Shown here: positions 36,696 to 40,391 of the stretch, one piece after another
Numbering within the stretch: the stretch's first letter is position 1
How the letters are laid out: every line of letters starts with the position of its first letter
DNA from: a virus
Lineage: Duplodnaviria; Caudoviricetes
Virus record (IMG/VR): IMGVR_UViG_3300038974_000627
Location: 1 to 40,391 of that record
Direction: 5' to 3' (one strand)
DNA: 40,391 nt
Program-made: the position numbers and the translations under genes
Notes under the pieces: generated by a model
What the model was told of the DNA's origin: nothing
The model's input: the letters and a program-made list of their open reading frames with translations, nothing else
Databases searched by the model: none

Positions 36696-37331
36696 ATGAA
36701 TCTGAAAGAAGCCTTCCGTTTTCAGAACAAGCTGCAGTCCCTCATGGACGAGGCGCAGGGCATCCTTGGTCGGGACTCCAACGTGACCAAAGTGGAGAAC
36801 ACCTATCTCCGTAAGAAGGTCATGGCTGAAGCGGAGGATGAAACCACTGTCGATACCCCGGACACGGAGTATTCCGAGCAGATTACCGAGGTCGCCGGCT
36901 TTCTGCTTTACCTTCTGGGCGAGCGTGAGGCGCTGGCGAAAGGCATTCGCTCTGCAAAGGACAAGCTGCCCATCGACATGGACAGCGAGGTGAGCATCAA
37001 CAGCAAACGGCAGAGCATTGCCTCCACCTTCAAGCGCATGGCGGATCTCCGTTCCTCCGAAGTGGTTATTCCCCATGGCGGCACAGGGTATCGTTTCAAC
37101 ACCGATGGCAATCAGGTGTCCTATCGCTGCGATGTCAAACGGGTCACGACCATCAACTTTGACCGCAACGTGATTCGCAAGTATCTTGCGGACATGAACA
37201 AGCGGGCCGACGAAGCCTCTGCGGAGCTGGATCGCTGTCTCGTAAACGGTACCGTCGAGTACGAGGCGCCCTTCGACGTCAATGACAGCTTTGCCGATGT
37301 GTTGACTGCCTACATAGAGAGTCGGAAGTAA
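36696..37331 (+). CDS. Uncharacterised helical/coiled-coil protein, 211 aa (starts MNLKEAFRFQNKL)
   Basis: AGGAG before ATG 36696. Long amphipathic helices flank a beta-hairpin-like GYRFNTDGNQVSY. Confidence 0.88.
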   Translation: MNLKEAFRFQNKLQSLMDEAQGILGRDSNVTKVENTYLRKKVMAEAEDETTVDTPDTEYSEQITEVAGFLLYLLGEREALAKGIRSAKDKLPIDMDSEVSINSKRQSIASTFKRMADLRSSEVVIPHGGTGYRFNTDGNQVSYRCDVKRVTTINFDRNVIRKYLADMNKRADEASAELDRCLVNGTVEYEAPFDVNDSFADVLTAYIESRK

Positions 37332-37347
37332 CCGACTCTCTATCACA

Positions 37348-37755
37348 AGACCGACTGTTTTGGGTGCGGCAGGATAAGATGGCGTGGAGATCGGTTCAGG
37401 TGCAGATGAACTATAACGCTGCACATTCAAAATCGCTTCTCTCGGGAAGCTCCAAATAACAAGAAAAGCTACTGTTTGATCAACAGTTGAGGACAACCAG
37501 GCAATATGCGCCTCATCATTCAAACTGCGCTCCTACGTTATTTCGCTTTCCGCCATTACGTCAATTCATCCTGTCACGCTCACATCTCCATATTGGCTTG
37601 ACAGCCTTCTATGAAATGATATTGAGGCCTTCGGGCTACAAAAACCGAGTGGCTGTCGCATGGTGTTCTGCCTTCGGGCAGCGTCTCATGCACAGGCGCT
37701 TGGGAAAATGGTCGAAGCAATATCGGACTTCTGCCGTATCCAAAACAGCCGGTCT
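37348..37755 (+). ncRNA. Candidate ~408-nt structured RNA
   Basis: 27-bp closing stem (37348-74 with 37729-55) with 3 G-U pairs and 1 mismatch. Two cUUCGg hairpins (37627-36 and 37668-81). Further helices: 37400-05 with 37419-24, 37471-76 with 37482-87, 37600-06 with 37651-57, 37658-62 with 37687-91. Confidence 0.82.
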
Positions 37756-38051
37756 ATATAAATAGCTGAGCCGCAGGCATCAGCCTGCGGCTCAAGAACG
37801 ATCATGTTCAATTGTGGCCTTGCTGATACCAGGATCTCATCCATGGGAACATCAAGCAAGGAACCAAGAGCGTACAGGTTATCAACGGACGGAAGGCTCT
37901 TGCCGCGCTGCCACTTGTATATCGCTTGCGGCTCTTCGAAGCCAAAGAACGCTTGGAGATCCCGAACGCTCAGACCGCGTTCCTGCCGAAGCCGGATGAT
38001 GTTTGCACCGGTTGCCACGGGATCAATCACGGGGTATTGATTTTGCTGCAT
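37686..38051 (-). CDS. XRE-family HTH protein
   Basis: LSVRDLQAFFGFEEPQAIYKWQRGKSLPSVDNL. GGAGG before ATG 38051. Confidence 0.88.
   Translation of the reverse strand: MQQNQYPVIDPVATGANIIRLRQERGLSVRDLQAFFGFEEPQAIYKWQRGKSLPSVDNLYALGSLLDVPMDEILVSARPQLNMIVLEPQADACGSAIYIDRLFWIRQKSDIASTIFPSACA
37767..37794. terminator. 12-bp perfect GC-rich hairpin
   Basis: TGAGCCGCAGGC-ATCA-GCCTGCGGCTCA where convergent transcription units meet. No clear U-tract. Confidence 0.55.
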
Positions 38052-38166
38052 AGCTTTCGCCTCCAAAAATGTAGTTTCCCGAAGGAAGTATTTTAGAATA
38101 ACCGAAAGCGTAAGAAAAAGCAATACCCAAAATGAACTTGTAACATAATTGTCGTAGGAGGATGAG

Positions 38167-38505
38167 ATGCCGGAGAACGTAAAGAACTACCTGACCTTGG
38201 AACGCTTCTCGCTTCGCAATTTCTACTATGCGTTTCTCGACACCAGCGACTATCTGGCGGACGGGCTCTTTATCAAACATCAGGTAACAGTGAAGTTCCT
38301 TCAGGAATACGGCCATGATGACTCACCGTATCTCGTCATCTTCTGCCGCATCCGAAAACGCGATGAGTCGGCTTTTCTCGACGCATTGAAAGAGCTGCCA
38401 AACAAGATGCTGATATGTGGGCACCCAGATTATCCAACCATGTGTCAAGAGTTTATGAGTAAAATCGACTCAGCCAGAAGGCAACGAAAGGATGATTGTG
38501 CGTGA
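38167..38505 (+). CDS. Hypothetical protein
   Basis: AGGAGG RBS, 112 aa. Confidence 0.75.
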   Translation: MPENVKNYLTLERFSLRNFYYAFLDTSDYLADGLFIKHQVTVKFLQEYGHDDSPYLVIFCRIRKRDESAFLDALKELPNKMLICGHPDYPTMCQEFMSKIDSARRQRKDDCA

Positions 38506-38681
38506 CGCAGATGGTTCCGCTTAACAAGCAGAGCAAAAAAGTGCAACGGGAGCATCACGCCAAGCAGCGTGGAAGCTGGTACGGGCTGTGTCCTGTGACT
38601 CGGAGGGTGCCAAATGGAAAGGCCTATGACAGAGCAAGAGATAAACGCCTTTTTGGACGAGATTGTTCAAGAACGGATTGA
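38502..38681 (+). CDS. Small basic hypothetical protein
   Basis: GTGA overlap with the upstream stop. K.SKK.QRE....RG.W....PVTR.....KAY.R pattern. Confidence 0.55.
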   Translation: MTQMVPLNKQSKKVQREHHAKQRGSWYGLCPVTRRVPNGKAYDRARDKRLFGRDCSRTD

Positions 38682-38988
38682 ACGAGAGCGTTTGTGCCGG
38701 GATGAAAAAGCCGTTATGAGGCGACGTCGTGAGATGCGGGGGCGTAAGAATGATCGCCTCCTGCGAATCATCAGCCACGGTTACAAGCCGCATGCCGGTT
38801 ATGTCGATTGGGACTTTGTTGATGGCAAATATACATGCATCGGAAAGTACATCAAATATCCCAAAAACAGCAACTGCCAGCGGTGGATGAAGCGTGAGAC
38901 AAGCCGCAAAATCCGCAACAGCAAATATGCTCCCCAAAAGGGCAACTACTACCGCCGCCTCTTCGATTATTGGTGGACACTTTATTGA
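38614..38988 (+). CDS. Basic hypothetical protein
   Basis: GGAGG RBS. Arg/Lys-rich, ending KGNYYRRLFDYWWTLY. Confidence 0.7.
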   Translation: MERPMTEQEINAFLDEIVQERIERERLCRDEKAVMRRRREMRGRKNDRLLRIISHGYKPHAGYVDWDFVDGKYTCIGKYIKYPKNSNCQRWMKRETSRKIRNSKYAPQKGNYYRRLFDYWWTLY

Positions 38989-39206
38989 GAAGGTCCGCAG
39001 AAGGAAAAAACAGCCTGCTGACAGAATACACTTATCACCGCTATGGCATTTTTGTGTTGAAGAATTCCGTCAATTAGCTTATAATTTAAGTGATAAGCGA
39101 ATCTGGAATGAGGTGCAATTACGAGGAACAACGTGGATCGTAATACGCAGATAAATTAAGTGCTTGAAGACCTTCGCGTTAGTTGGACATATGGAGAATT
39201 TAGAAA

Positions 39207-39739
39207 ATGAACTGTGCATTATCAGGGCATAATCCACATCGGTTCAAATTTAAATACGACGAACGTCAGAGGCTGTGTACTAAACTCAAAAAGGCGTTAA
39301 CAGCACAAATCATTGCCGCTTATGAACGAGGGGTACGGCGTTTCTTTGCCGGCGGTGCTCCTGGCGTCGATACATGGGCATCAGAAGCTGTGCTTGAACT
39401 AAAAACACAACCTGTATATGCAGACATGGAGCTCGTCTGCGTCGTGCCTTTCCCGGAGCAGGACGCAAGATGGATTTTGCCGCAGCGGGCCAGATATCGC
39501 AAAATCCTTGCGCAATCCAGCGAGATTATTACTATTTCCCCTCAGTATAACGATGATGTGTATCGCAAGAGAAACTGCTATATGGTTGATCACGCAGAGG
39601 TTTTGATTGCGGTATATGACAATGATAAGCAAATGCGTTCCGGAGTCGGTCAGGCGGTGCGCTATGCGAAAAAAGAAACCGCGAGATTATTCTCATTCAC
39701 CCAGATACGGCAAAGGTGACAGTGAATGCGGAGGCATAA
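39207..39739 (+). CDS. YpsA/DUF1273 SLOG-family protein with an apparent frameshift near the C-terminus
   Basis: CALSGH.P, GGAPGVDTWA, VPF..Q..RW, RNCYMVDH, SG....VRYA. The frame-0 ORF stops at 39719, while a more plausible tail REIILIHP runs in another frame to 39739. Confidence 0.85.
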
Positions 39740-39821
39740 TTGTGCGCGCCTCTTGATATGAGCGTATATTTGCGGTATCAATGGAGAATACGCATTCCGC
39801 GATGGAGATTAAGGAGAAAAA

Positions 39822-40070
39822 GTGGATAGAGATGACCTTATTAAACGCTTTGAATTACTAACTCAGCAATTGCCTTTGGGAAAACAGCTTCCCCTTTACG
39901 ATATAGTGACCTACCCCGAGGAAATTGACGCGTTAATTGGAGTTCGAGATGCGTCAGCGGAGGAGTTGCTGGAGAGCGCCTACCGCCTGCACGAACGCGG
40001 AGCGGATTATCTGACGATGCTTCTCCTTTACAAAGTCAGCGTAATTCAACACAAAGCAGGAGAGAAATGA
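39822..40070 (+). CDS. Hypothetical protein
   Basis: AAGGAG RBS before GTG, 82 aa. Confidence 0.55.
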   Translation: MDRDDLIKRFELLTQQLPLGKQLPLYDIVTYPEEIDALIGVRDASAEELLESAYRLHERGADYLTMLLLYKVSVIQHKAGEK

Positions 40071-40391
40071 CCTTTCGAAATACAGCGTGAAAGCTTACTT
40101 TACCTTGTAAAGATAACATTGGGATGGATTGTTGGAGAAGGGGCACAGAGGCAATTCAGATTATATGAAGGCAAAGTGGTCGAAATCGACTACTTTGGGA
40201 CATCGAAAGTTCGAATCCCCCTTGTCTGACTTTTTTCAAATGTCATCATTTTTGAGCAATTGGCACAATTTTTTATGAAAAGTCCGGGGTTCCCCGGATT
40301 TTTCAGCATTTTATATGGTTTTTGCCTGCCATACAAGACGAAACCGTCCCTCTACGTTCTTTAAACTCTAGAAATCATATAGTATTTTTAC

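Noticed and set aside
36573-37523. 316-aa minus-strand ORF
   Set aside because: It is the antisense shadow of the 36696-37331 gene and runs into the structured RNA. It has no recognisable motifs.
40278-40302. Palindrome AAAAGTCCGGGGTTCCCCGGATTTTT as an att site or island end
   Set aside because: No matching copy was found elsewhere in the window. It could simply be a terminator or operator.

Overview
The window looks like a mosaic genomic island from a Bacillota (Clostridia-like) genome. This is inferred from gene families and GGAGG ribosome-binding sites. No rRNA, tRNA, CRISPR array, phage structural gene or conjugation gene was recognised. The left arm (41-14302, mostly minus strand) holds a WYL-led operon with two UDG-like proteins, an ADP-ribosylglycohydrolase and a PD-(D/E)XK nuclease. 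It also holds an AAA_21 ATPase/TOPRIM-like pair, a SIMPL protein, a DinG helicase, an RNAP alpha-CTD-like protein and a LexA/CI-like repressor. The centre (14466-25427, plus strand) holds dinB, an ImmR/ImmA-like pair, an ArpU-like activator followed by 11-bp-phased repeats, a sigma-70 region-4 protein followed by a ~305-nt structured non-coding segment, an orphan MazF, two ParB-like proteins and a three-gene serine recombinase cassette. A second module (25610-30993) has a cI/cro-like switch, an AAA_25 ATPase, a degenerate resolvase, a serine recombinase and two proteins paralogous to that recombinase's C-terminal domain. The right arm has three metallophosphoesterases and several unknown genes. 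The best candidate for an undescribed system is a 211-aa helical protein (36696-37331) followed immediately by a ~408-nt candidate ncRNA (37348-37755) with a 27-bp closing stem, two cUUCGg loops and a 7-8-nt periodic tract. All family calls come from motif recognition by eye, not database searches.
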